Of a stretch of DNA of 55,585 nt, positions 37,301 to 49,300 are shown piece after piece. The stretch lies in NCBI GenBank assembly GCA_964372775.1, contig CAYJRJ010000003.1, positions 1-55,585 of the forward strand, read 5' to 3'. The first letter of the stretch is position 1. Every line of letters begins with the position of its first letter. This stretch comes from an uncultured Planctomycetales bacterium. Lineage in GTDB: Bacteria; Omnitrophota; Gorgyraeia; Aquiviventales; Aquiviventaceae. Under the pieces are notes generated by a model. It ran no database searches and was not told where the DNA came from. It saw nothing but the letters and a program-made list of their open reading frames with translations. Made by a program: the position numbers and the translations under genes.

Positions 37301-40300
37301 GCAGCTCTTCTTCGGGCACGACATCAGTGTCTGGACTGAGGAACTGGAGCGATCGCAAGAGGAGGTAGACCTTGCGCAGGCGGTCTTCTGGGGTGGGCGG
37401 GGAGTCCTCAGTGAGTGGGCGGGGGGATCGCAACATCTCCGCCACGGGACGCAGGAGATCCTCCAGCGCCTGGAGGACCTGTGGGGCGTCCGCGGCGCCA
37501 TGCAACCAGTCGTGCACGATTGGCGGCGCGCGCTGCTGGAGCTGGGCGCGGCTGAGCCCCTCGACCTCCGCGAGAATCGCTTCGAGCTCCACGCGGTCGG
37601 TGCTCAACACATCGACGAGCAACGTCTGGGTGTCGCGCGCCTCGCCCAAGAGCCTGCGCACGGCGGGATGCGACAGCAGCGTCTGAATGGTCTGCGCACG
37701 CCGGCCCACAATCCGCAGCATCGCGGGATGACCGCCGGCCGACGGCACCTCCACCACTCCTTCTGCCAGGGTGAGCGTATCGGGATGGAGCAGGGCGGCG
37801 GCAAATTGGTCCACGCGCTCCGGCGCAACACTGCTGGCGATTGCGAGGGGAGCCGCGCGTCCTTGGGTGTGGCGCGCGAGCATGAGACTCAACCTCATGA
37901 ACGCCGAGTCCGCCCCAGGATGCGGCGGTGACCAGGTGTAGAGCGCGTGCCACAGCGCCTCGGCGGAGGGATCCATCGTGACCTGCCCTTCGCGCAGTTG
38001 CCGAATGAGGCCGTCGAGGAGGTGGCGTGTCGGTGGCGTCCACCACCGCACCCACTGCGCTTTGGTTGCGGTTAAGAGATCCAGGAAGACCGACCGTTCC
38101 TTCAACGCGAGTCGTCGCCCCATCCACCACTGTCCGAGTCGCTGCGTGAAGGAAATCGGCGGGCGATGCAGCGATGGCACCTGTCCGGCGTTCTCAAAGA
38201 ACGCGTCCACCAGGTGATTGACCGTCCGCGGCGCGGTCCAGAACACGCCATGCCCCGCCCTCGGTACTTGAACAAGACGAATGCGATCCCCAGGATTCGC
38301 CTTCGGCGCGCGCTGTTTCAGCGCCTCGATGAGCGCGCCATGCCACGCGATGATGGCGGGATTGCCGACCAGCGTATCCTCGTCACCGAGGAGGATGAGG
38401 AGATTGCTGGTCTCGCCGATCGTCGCCGCGAGCTGCTCGGGCGCCCACTCGGCGCCGGCGGCCAGCATCGCCTCATACGCCTCGACCACGATGTGTGGCT
38501 GGACCCGCTCAAAGATCGGCCGCAGGTGTCGCTCGTAGACCGTGGGGTCGCCGGCGTGCAAGAACCGCCCGTACACCCATCGCGCGATCCATGCCTGCGC
38601 GATGATCACCCGCCGCCACACCACCTCAAAGAGCCCGAACCGATGCAACGCCAGCACCAGGGGCCTGATCGCTTTCGTGAGCCGCCGTACCGTTCGTTGA
38701 CCCAGGATCATATCGCCTGCCAGCGCAGGCGTGGAGAGCACCGCCGATGAGATCCGATCCGGCACCAACTCCCACAAGGCCAGCGCCGCCATCGCACCCA
38801 TGCTGCTGGCCATTACGCGCACCGTCGCACCGGCCGCCACTTCCTTCACCATGACCGACTGCGCATCGCCGGCCACCCGCTGGAAATAGTCGGCGCGCGT
38901 CGCCTGACCCAAGCTCGAATGACCATGGCCCCGCAGATCCACGGTGATGACCCGCCAGCCCTTCATGACGAAGTGCTGGACCTGGTGGTACCACACCGTC
39001 TGATCCATGAGATAGCCGTGGAGCAAGAGAAGCGTGGGCTGGTCGCGATCCTCCGGGCCGAAGACGGTATAGTGGATGGCAGCCCCGTCCGGGGCCAGCA
39101 GCACTTCCCTGCGGCTGGCGACAAACAGCTCGTGGCCAAGCTCAGCCGCCGAGCCGAATCGCACCAACTGCTGGAGGGCCACGCGCACCGCTTCGAGGGG
39201 CTCGTGCAAGGCATGCGCGATGGCCTCAGCGCTGAACACCTCATCGCGATGGCCCGCGAGGAACGCGTGCACCTGCTCGACCGGGGGTGCGACCGCCAGC
39301 GCGGCCTCCTGGGCCAGAAATGCGGCGTGCTCCTCTTGGGTGATGTCGCCCCCGCTGACCACAATGACGAGCCGCTCGCTCTTCGCCAGCTGCTTCTCGT
39401 GCACCGGATCCAGCAGCGCGGCTAGCGCAAGCGCGCCGCGCGGGGGAATGCGCACGCCGGCCTCTCGCCACAACAGCTCCACGGCCTGGCGCACGGACTC
39501 TTTGGAGACGGTGATGATCGGCGCGCCGTGCGCCTGGGCAAGTGCCGTGGTCCACGGGTCGCGCTGAGGGTTGCCTGCCAGCTCCACTCCAATGAGCTGC
39601 CGACGCTGCCCTTCCAGCGCCACGGCGATCCCTGCAAGGTTAGCGCCGGTCTCGACCGGTATGACGAGCGTGTCGAACGTCGGGACCTCTTGTTCAATCT
39701 CCAGGGCGAGTGTGCCTCCCCCCATGATCCGCTGCTGATCGTCGGGATCGAGGAACACACTGTTTGCGGTCGTGAAGGCCGCCTCAACGGCGCGCTCGCG
39801 GGCCTGCCCATAGGAAAGGAGCGGTGCGTCCTGCACATGGGTGATGAGCGTGGCTTCAAGTTTCTGCACGCGCTGGGCCACTCGATCATCGAGGACTGCG
39901 GCGGCATAGATCCGAAGCCGAGCGTGGAGCTGGCGCGCCGCCTGGGCCAGCGCCACCGCCTCGTCGCCATCACGGGCCACTGCGACAACCGTCGTCCGAT
40001 TCCAGGTCACCGCCTCGACGCCGCGTCCCAATTCGATGAGGCGCGCGAGCGCTCCCCGCATCGCAATGGAGCCGGTCGGCAACTGGTCCTCCCGCTTGAG
40101 CCACACCTCCCGACCCAGAAGCGCGCTGAGCTTCTCCGAGCGAACGATCGGGCTCGGCGTTGCCAGATAATGGCCAAGCTGGTCCCTTGCGCCTTCCAAT
40201 GTGGCTCGAGTGATCGCAGTGCCAGCGACGGAGTTGCCACCCTGGACCACCGGCGGTACCATCGCAAGCGAGAGCCAGGCCGCGGTAGCCGACGCCCCGA

Positions 40301-43300
40301 GCGCCCAGTGGAGCACCCAGAGGAGTCCGATCGCCAACGTGATCACGGCTGCGACACCAGCCTGCAGCCGCTCCTCGCGAATCTGGTCGGTGAACGTCCG
40401 CCGCATCTCGCGCCACCAGGAGCGATCCAGCGCTCGACGTGGCGAAGTCGCCAGCGCGATCAGCGTCGCGAACGCATACGCCCCGATCAGTTCCGTCACG
40501 CGTCGGGCCTGTCGCAGCATTGCGCGTATCTCATCCAGCGCACGCGCCTCGACCTGGCTCTGATACGGCGCATCGAGGATCTGACTGAGCTCGCGCTGTG
40601 AGATGGTCGGTACGTAGGTGCCCTGCGGCTGGTCCTTCTTCCCTGCGACGGACGCACCGAGGGCCTCGAGCCGGTAGATGACCCATTCGTGAGCATCCAG
40701 TATGTCATCGGGTTCGGCATCCCCCGTCATCCTCACCAGTTGATAGCCGAGTGCTTCCACCTCACGCAATGCCGTCTCCGTGCGCAATCGCTCTCCTGAA
40801 TCTCCGTCATCGTACCAACCCACAATCAAGTAGCCTCCGGGCACCAGCGTCCTGACGACCTCGTGCACGATGGCCTTCTTTTCGTCGCCCGTAATGGACG
40901 GGGCGGAGAGGACGCTCATCATGACCACCGCGCTCAGCGAGTGGTCCGGCAGCCCGCTGCGCTGGAACGCCGCATGCGCTGGCGACGCTTGACGGCCCTG
41001 CGCGCCTGTGGTATCGTCGACGATACGGAGGACGTGATCCGATGCCAAAGAGCGCGGTGAAGTTATCGACGAGGCAGGCCCAACGGTTGCTGGAGCAGCT
41101 CCCACCGGTCGTGAAGATTCATCTGGTGCGGCGCTGGGAACAGCAGACGTGGCCTGTGCGGTTACGCCAGCTCTTGGCGCGGATCGATCGACGCCTCGCA
41201 ACGTCTCCTGGACTTGCCCGAACGGCGCGGAAGAGTGTGGGCCCGGCTCGTCGGGCATTCCATGCTGCGCGCCGTCATCGACACTAACGTTCTCTTGAGC
41301 GGCTTGTTGGGTGGCCGCACGCGTCCTCTCCTCGGTGCGTTGATCGCCCGTCGGTTCCACCCGGTGGTCTCCCCCCTGCTCCTCGAAGAGTTGCTCGATG
41401 TCGTGAGTCGGCCCGCGTGGCGTCGTCTGCTCACTCACGCTGATCTTGGCGACTTGCTGACGATCCTCCATAGCGCGACTGCGCTCGTCATCCCCACCGA
41501 ACATCTCACGGTCTGCCGCGACCCCGAGGACAACGTCCTGCTTGAGTGCGCCCTCGCCGGTCGTGCCGACTTCCTCGTCACCGGAGACAACGACTTGTTG
41601 GTCCTCGATCCCTTTCGCGGCATCCGTATCCTGCGTCCGCGCGAGTTCCTCACGCTCCTGTCCTGACTTCGCGGCGGGCGCTGGCGCCGGCTCGTGGGCC
41701 GGGGCTGGCCCCGTCTCGGGAGTCGCGTCAAACGGGGCTGGCGGCGGCTCTGATCCAGAGCTGGAGCGCGTCGGCGGTTCGCTCTGACGAGCTTTGGGGA
41801 AGCCGCTGACGGTGATCAGCGTGCCTGTGGTGACTCCACTCGACGTATGTTCGCTCGGTTGCGGCTCGAGCTCGCCAGCTCTCCGGTCGCTGGCGCGGTA
41901 CACCACCCGTTGCCCCAGGGACTCTACCGAGAAGTCCAACCCATTCGCGTTGGCGGCCTGGCGCGCCAGCGGCAGCCCAAGCCCATGCAACACTGAGGGC
42001 CCGCGGGTTGAGGTCGTGGTCCCAACCGGCATGCTTCGCGCAATGTCAGCGATCCCTGGCCCTAAATCCCGCGCGAGAAGCTCGAAACCGCGTCGCCCGC
42101 CCTCTTGCTGCTCACGGATGAGGATGAGACCTGGCCCGCGCGCATGCGTGAAGTTCTTCGCGAGCTCGCCCGCTACGAAGCCTGGCGCATCCCCGCTGAG
42201 CCCCAGGCTCTGCGCAAAAAGATCCACAGCCGCCAAAATTTCCATCGCCCGCTGATCTGAGCCGTCAGCGGGATAGACGCGATAGCCGAACTCCTGTTCG
42301 AGGCGCGCCCTAGCAGCGGCGACCTCCTCAGATGTAGCCACCGGGGGCAGCAGCGTATCCATCAGCGCACGCGCCTCGATCTGGCGCTGATTCGCGGCGC
42401 GTGAGGAAGCGCTACCCTCAGAGGCCAACAAAAATGCGGCGAGCGCCTCATCGAGCCGTGTGATCGCATCGGTGACGGCGCGCCGCTGGGCGTCGGCGTC
42501 ATCGCGCGGCGCGCTGAGGAGCTGCTGGAGCACCTCGAGGAAGCGATCGCGCATCGCGTCACTGACCGAGGCATCCTCACCCCACCGCTCGCGCAAGGTG
42601 GCGGCGAGATCCTCCACCCCCACACGCCAGACATGCGGCGGCTTGTCGGTCATCAGCTCATACAGCATGTGAGCTAATCCGTAGGCCCAGCTGGGCGACC
42701 GATCGGTGTTAGCTACGTAGTCAATGAATCTCATGGTTGGCGAAGCGGCTTCCCCGGCGACGAGCACATTTTCGATCTTCGGGCTGAAATGATGAATGCC
42801 AGCTGATGCCACTTCGCTCATGCCAAGGGCCAGCTCTCGCGCCAGGCGCATCCGATCCGCCCAGGAGGGCTGTGTGTGCGCGATCCATTGGTCCATGGGC
42901 TCGCCGTCCACCCACGACCAGCGCAGCAGCGTCCAGGGGCGGCGTTCTTCTTCCATATCCTCATGGCGCCTGAGCGCGTCACCGGTGTAGTTCTGCGCCA
43001 CCAGCATCGTGTGGCCCGCTTTCCGATCGTCGGCGCGCACATCGAGCGGTTCGGTCGCCTCCAATACCACAAGGCGAGCCGGTGGCGGCGTCAAACGCCG
43101 GCGCACATCCGCGACGCGCTCGGCGCTGAGGTCTTCGTGCGGCACCTTGGGAATTTTGCCGAACCACTGACGGCCCTGCGCATCCAGCAGGACCACTTGC
43201 ACGCTGTTCATCCGCGCCCCGAGGACGTCGAGCAGATGGTAGCCCGCCCGCTCAAGCGGCGCGCGCAGCACGGCCTGCCACGCCGCACGCTGCAGCGGCA

Positions 43301-46300
43301 TCGGCGGCAGAGCCATCGCGCTGACCGGCGTCCCGGACGCCTCGCGCAAGGCGCGCCAGGCGCGCAACTCGATGAGCGCTTGCCCCATCGCCGCGCGCTG
43401 CTCGATCACCGCGTCAGGCGGCAGCGCCATCAGCTCCCACAGCAGCTGCGCGAGCGCTGCGCGTTCGGCATCCGTAACGGTCGGATCAGCGCCCCACCGC
43501 TCGCGCAAGGTGGCGGCGACATCCTCCTCACCCACGCGCCAGACATGGGGCGCGCTGTCGGTGAAGAGCTGGTAGAGCATGCGCGCCAGGCCTGAGGTCC
43601 AATGAGGGCGCGTGTCGTCGTGGCCGATATAGTCAATCTGCAGAAGCGACATGCGCCCGTGCTGTTCGCTGACGAGCACGTTTTCCATGACGGGGTCATT
43701 GCGGCGAATCCCGCGGCCAGCTAGGGCAGCGGTGGATGCGACGAGCTGTTCGGCAAGCTCCAGGCGCTGCATCCACGAGGGCTCGCTCGCCGTGAGCCAT
43801 GCATCGAGCCGCTGGCCGTCCACCCACGACCAGCGCTGCACGGTCCATGGCCTGCTTTCGTCGTCCATCCGCTCCTGGCGCCTGAGCGATTCCCCAGAAT
43901 AGTTGTGCGCAAGAAGATGCGCGTGACCCGCTCGTCGATCGTCGGCGCGCACATCAAGCGGCTCCACCGTCTCCGCCGGCACGATGTGTGCGGGGACGGG
44001 CGTCAACCGTCGCCGCACCTCTTCTACACGCACCGCCGAGAGATCCTCGCGCACACCAATCGGAACCTTCCCGGCCCACACGGTGCCGGCCGCATCGCGC
44101 ATCCGCACGACCACGCTATCCACCCGCACGTCCGCCACCCATTCAAGGTCATAGCCCGCGCGGCGCAGCGGCTCGCGCAGCACCAGCAACCAGGCCGCTT
44201 GACGGAACTCTTTCGGCGGATTGCGGCCGCTCGGCGGCAGGCCGCCGAGACCAAGCGCTAGAGCCGGAACCAGACTCAGCCATGAGACGTCCGTCGCTGA
44301 TTCCTGAGCGATAGCAGATATCGTCTGTGAGGGAACGATATCTGATATCGAGGGGAGGGCGGCTGCCGCCGAGGCCAGAGCGAGCGAGCCGGCCAGCGCC
44401 GCCGGGGCGAAGAGCGCGAAGACGCCGGCCCGCGTGCCACGACCACGGCCCCGGCGATCGGACGCGCCTGGTGAGGAGCCACTTCGGCCGGTCGGACCGC
44501 CTGGCATGGGGGCCGCCCAGCGCTCCTCGGCGTAGTCTTCAATCATGCGGGCGACGCGCTGCGGCCGCTCTAACACGAGCACGTGCCCGTTGAGCATCCG
44601 GCCCGGATTCGTGAAATACTCCCAGGGAGAGTTGATCTCATCGGCGATGGCCTGCGCCTGATCGTCCGGGATCAGCGCATCACCTTCGACAAGCACCGTG
44701 ACGACGCGGCGGCCCGCGGAGTCGTTGTTGAACTTACGCATCAGCGGACGGGCCCCGAGGAACCGTTCCCACAGCTTGGCCTTCAACCAGATGTAGACCG
44801 CCGCATCGATCTCCTGGCCAATATGCCACGGACGGAACGTGCCGCCTGATGCTACCACCCGCCTCTGCGCGATCTTGAGCAACGGCTTTGAAATCAGGCC
44901 AGCGGAGGCCAGAGGCGCCAACATGCCCAGCCACCAGGTGTCCGGGAAGCGTGCTTTGGTTTGCTCGCGGACCGTATCCGCCAGCGCGAGCCACCCTCGC
45001 ACCACCAGCCCAGGCACGCGGCTCTGGATCGCCAGCCACGCGAGGGGATAGGGTTTTGCCAGCAGGACAAGTGACTGAAGCGGCGCTTTCAAGAGCCGCT
45101 CGAGGAGTGCCGGCCCAGGCACCGGCAGCGCGTCAACACCAAGTTTGACGACGCTGTGAAAATCGCTGATCGACATCGACGGATCAAATGGCGTGATCCG
45201 CATCACCCCGCGCACCAGGTGGAGCACTCGATCCTTGGGGGCAGCCGCGTCATCCTGGAGCACGACTTCCTGCCAGATCGTGTCGGCGATCGAGTGCGTC
45301 ACCCAGAGGATGCCGTCCTCCTGACCGAACCGCTTGATGATGGCCCGGCGCTCCTGGGCGTAGCGCTCCATCAGGTGCAGCCGGGATTCCTCGATCGTGT
45401 CATAGGGGGAGCTGCGTCGAGGGGCGATGACGGTGTAGTCATCCTTCAGGAGCTCCATCACCAGATCCCACGAGAGCTGGCCGGCCGCCCCGTGATCAAG
45501 TCCGATGACCGGCTTCCCTGGTTTGCCCTTTCGAAAGTCCACGATGACTTGGCCGACAATCGCGCCATGGTCGTCCAGGACGTCCACGGGCTCGGTTTCC
45601 CAGGTCCGCGACTCCTCATCGAGGTAGAGCCGTACCTTGTCGCGGCCGAGTTTCTCGCCCAGCTCGTGGATGATGCGCCCGGGCGTCTCTTCCACCGAGC
45701 CCTCGGGAGCGAGCACGCGTCCTGCTGCCATGCGCTTGTGCTTGATCAGCCCGCCTGTCACCACCATGATCGCCTTGCGGGTCCTCAGGAGCCGCCGTCG
45801 CGAGGCGGTCACGCGCACGGTGCCCGACTCATCGACCATCACGCCGTACGGCGGCACGTCGCGCCCCCTGCGCAGCAACGGATCCCGCGGGTGCAGGCTG
45901 GCGGTCTCCCCTCCCTCGCCCAGGGCGAGGAGTGTGAGATCCATACGGCGCCACCCGACCTCTTCGCTGTAGCGCTGCGCTTCCTCCTTGGCGTGGCGCA
46001 TTGCCGCACGCTGGGTCTTGAACGACCCCCTTAAGATGCGATGGACCTGCGGCGCCACAGGGAGCTTGGACAGGAAGGTCTCATGAAACACGCGGTAGTG
46101 GCTTCCCGCGTGCGAATCCGGCACCATGCGCTCATCGGTAAAGTAGATCTCCCACTTCGACCAGTCGGCGTCACGGGTCGCGAGCAACGCATAGATCGGC
46201 GCAAACGTTCGGCCGCTGGCGATTTGGAGGCGGAACACGCCGCGCGCGCGAATCGCCTCGTCGGCCGCTGTGGTGATGTCATCCACCACATCCCTGGCGA

Positions 46301-49300
46301 CCTCCCGCCCGTGGAGACGTTCCTGCACGCCAAACGGCAGTTCGTACCCGCCATTGCCGTTCGAAGCCTCAGGCGCCGGCGACTGGAGTCGCGGGCTGTC
46401 GGAGCGGGAAATCCCCAGCGGGAGATGGAAGCGCTCCTGGATGATGTAGAGCGCGCGGACCAGATCGGGAAGACCCACCGCGTTAGGCGCGCGGGGTTGG
46501 ACGACGTACTGCAGCAGCCTGAACAGGTGCAGGACCGCCATCGCCATCGGCCCAGCCACAGAGTAGGCCACGATCATTGCGCTGAGGTACTGGCCCTGCT
46601 GGACAAGGTCGATTGGTGCGCGCCAGGCGTGGCCGAGCAGTAGCAGACCCGTCAGCCCAATCCACGCCAGCGGTGCGCTGGCGGCCACGAGGAAGGTCAA
46701 CCACGAAGTCGGATGCTCCGCGATCCAGCGGCTCTGGACATAGGAGCCGGTTGACGACACAAGACTGCGCTCCACCGGCACGCCGAGGGCGACTGCGACC
46801 ATCTCATGCAGGGCCTCCTCGATCCAACTGAAAGGCAGGAGGAGCGCCATGGTGGTGGGGCTGTGCATGTCGGTTGACGGACCGAGCGAGGGCGCCTGGT
46901 AGTCGCGCGGGCGAAACGCCGGCTCTTCCATGACGCGTTTGAGTTCCCGTTTGACGATGACGGATTCACGACGGGTCAACGGGCGGCCGCCACGTGTCAG
47001 GTACAAGGAGTTGTCCGCCAGCCCGCCGCGCCACCAGTCATGCCGCGTGATAGGGATGATGTCTTCCACATTGAGCCCAAACGAACGCAACACATGGAAG
47101 ATGCGCACGAGCAGGCCCGGGTAATCACCGGTCTCCATGTCCAGGCGCGTCCAGCCGTCGTTCCGGCGCATCCGGATGCGCGTGGATGCCAGGCCCTCGG
47201 GACGCGTCATCACCCGCGGCAGCACGTCCTCGATGGAGCGCGCGCCGTTGAGCAATTCCTGCAACTGGGCTTCCAGGTCCTCGACGCGGCCCACACCCTC
47301 CGCGCCCACCCGCGCGGTTTCCACGGCGAAGCGGATCAAGACCAGCGGTTCGGCTCCCCGCGGCGGCCGCTGCTCGATGTGCGGATGCATGTCATGCACG
47401 GTCAATCCCCACCTGTACAGCAGGGCGATGACGGCGTCACCTAGGCCGGGCCTGTCACCCCGCAGCACCACCACGAGCTCCGAGATGCCTCTCGGATCCG
47501 CCGACGGACGAACCGCGAGCACCGCAGAGAGACCGCCGGTAAGCAGCCGATGGACGAGGCGAACCTCCTCCACATCCTGGCCGCGCCGGCGCAGCGAGCC
47601 GGGATCGTTGGCCACGAGATTCGCGTAGCGGCGCGCGGCCTCCGGTGAGACATCAGGCGCGACGTCGTGGAGCACGGCAACCATCTCCCGCATCCGTTCG
47701 CTCCTGCGCGGCACCCAGGAATCCGGATCCGCGACGGCGGACGCATCGATGCGGTAGAGTGCTTGCAGCTCCTCGTAGATCGGCACCGCAGCCACCCGTC
47801 CACGCTGGCCGTCCACCGCGGCGATGGCCAAGAGCAGCATCGTCCGGTCGAGGTTGCGCCGCATGACGGCGTTCAGGAAACGCACGACCGCCGCCGGGGT
47901 GGCGGTGTTGACTTCGCGGCTCCAGGACTCCAGCAGCAGGAAGTGCTCCACCGCCCAGCGCACATCCGCCCCCCGGCCCCGGTCGGACGCCAGCCCGTAG
48001 CGGGCCAGCAGGTCTCGCAGAAACGCGCGGCGGACCTTCGGATGACGCGCCGCCGTCACGGTGAAGAACAACACCGCCAGCCGCAGCGGCACCCAGAGCC
48101 GTGCTCCCGCCGCGCGGATGCGACGGAAGACCGGCGCAGTGCCGAGTTTCATGGCCCGCTCATCTGCCCGCAGCTCTCGGGTGTGGAACCACAGCATCCG
48201 CTCCAGCAGGCGGACGTCCGAGAAGATCTGGGCCCCAACGGTCGCTCGCCGCTGCCGGTCAAATGTCGGCATGTACTGGACGGCATCAAACCCTGGAATA
48301 AACTCATCCAGGATGCCGATGACTTGCATCCGCCGCAGCGTGTAATACAGCGACTCGCGAGCCGAGACCAATTGCACAAATTGCCGGTAGCGGGCCGCCG
48401 CGAAGTTCGCATCATGTCGCATGGTCTCCTTGAAGGAGCCCGCATGCTCCTGCAGCGCATCAAGCAGATCGGGTGCGAGCCGCAGGTTGTCGTGGGTGGG
48501 GTCGGCGGTCAAGAGCAACAGCTGCAGATAGAGCTCAGGATGCTGGGCCAGCGCCGCCGGATCGGCACCACGGTCCAGCGCCACTTCGTAGCGCTCCTGG
48601 TAGCTAAACCCGTCTTCGAGCGTAAACAGCCAGCCGGTGCGCTTGATCAACACGAATCCCTCTGGCATACCCTCACGCGTGACCTCCTCCACCGCGGACG
48701 GCGAGGCCTGCTCGACCGATCGGCGGATCACCTTGTAGGTCACCAGGAAGAGGGCCTCGGCATGCCGGTAGTAGTCCTCCATCAGCGCCGCCGCCGCATC
48801 CTGATCCCGGACCCGCTGATACGCCGGCAGCGCCTGCGCCACGCGCACCTGCAGTTCCCTTGTCAGCGTCGTGCCGAAGCCGCCCACCGCTTCCATGGCG
48901 CCGCGCACCTCTTGCAGGAAGTTGAGGGCGCGCTCCGCCTGATCAATCTCCTCCTGCCGCAGCAGACCGCGCTCCACCAGCCCCATGAGCACCGGCTCGT
49001 GAATGCCCTGCAGCTTGGCGAACCAGCGGATATAGTCGTATTCCCGCAATCCGCCGGGGCCTGACTTCACATCCGGCTCGTGCGCGAAGAGCTTCCACAT
49101 GCCACGCTGTCCGCTCGCATCCGGCCCTTGGTATCGCTCGCTCCATTCCTTGGACAGCAGCTCGATGACGCGCCCGCGCATGGTGGCCCCAGCCAATCCG
49201 CTCACCTGAGGCTGGCTTAGGAACTCCTGCCACTGTTGCCGTCGAGCGTTGATGAGCTCCCGATCACCGGCCACGTAGCGCATGTCCTGCAGGTGGTTGA

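Noticed and set aside
41667-41789. Pro/Ala/Ser-rich segment (SEPPTRSSSGSEPPPAPFDATPETGPAPAHEPAPAPAA) as part of the inserted PIN cassette or as a separate feature
   Set aside because: It lies beyond the PIN stop and reads as a plausible disordered linker following the GHKL module. There is no independent evidence that it belongs to the cassette.
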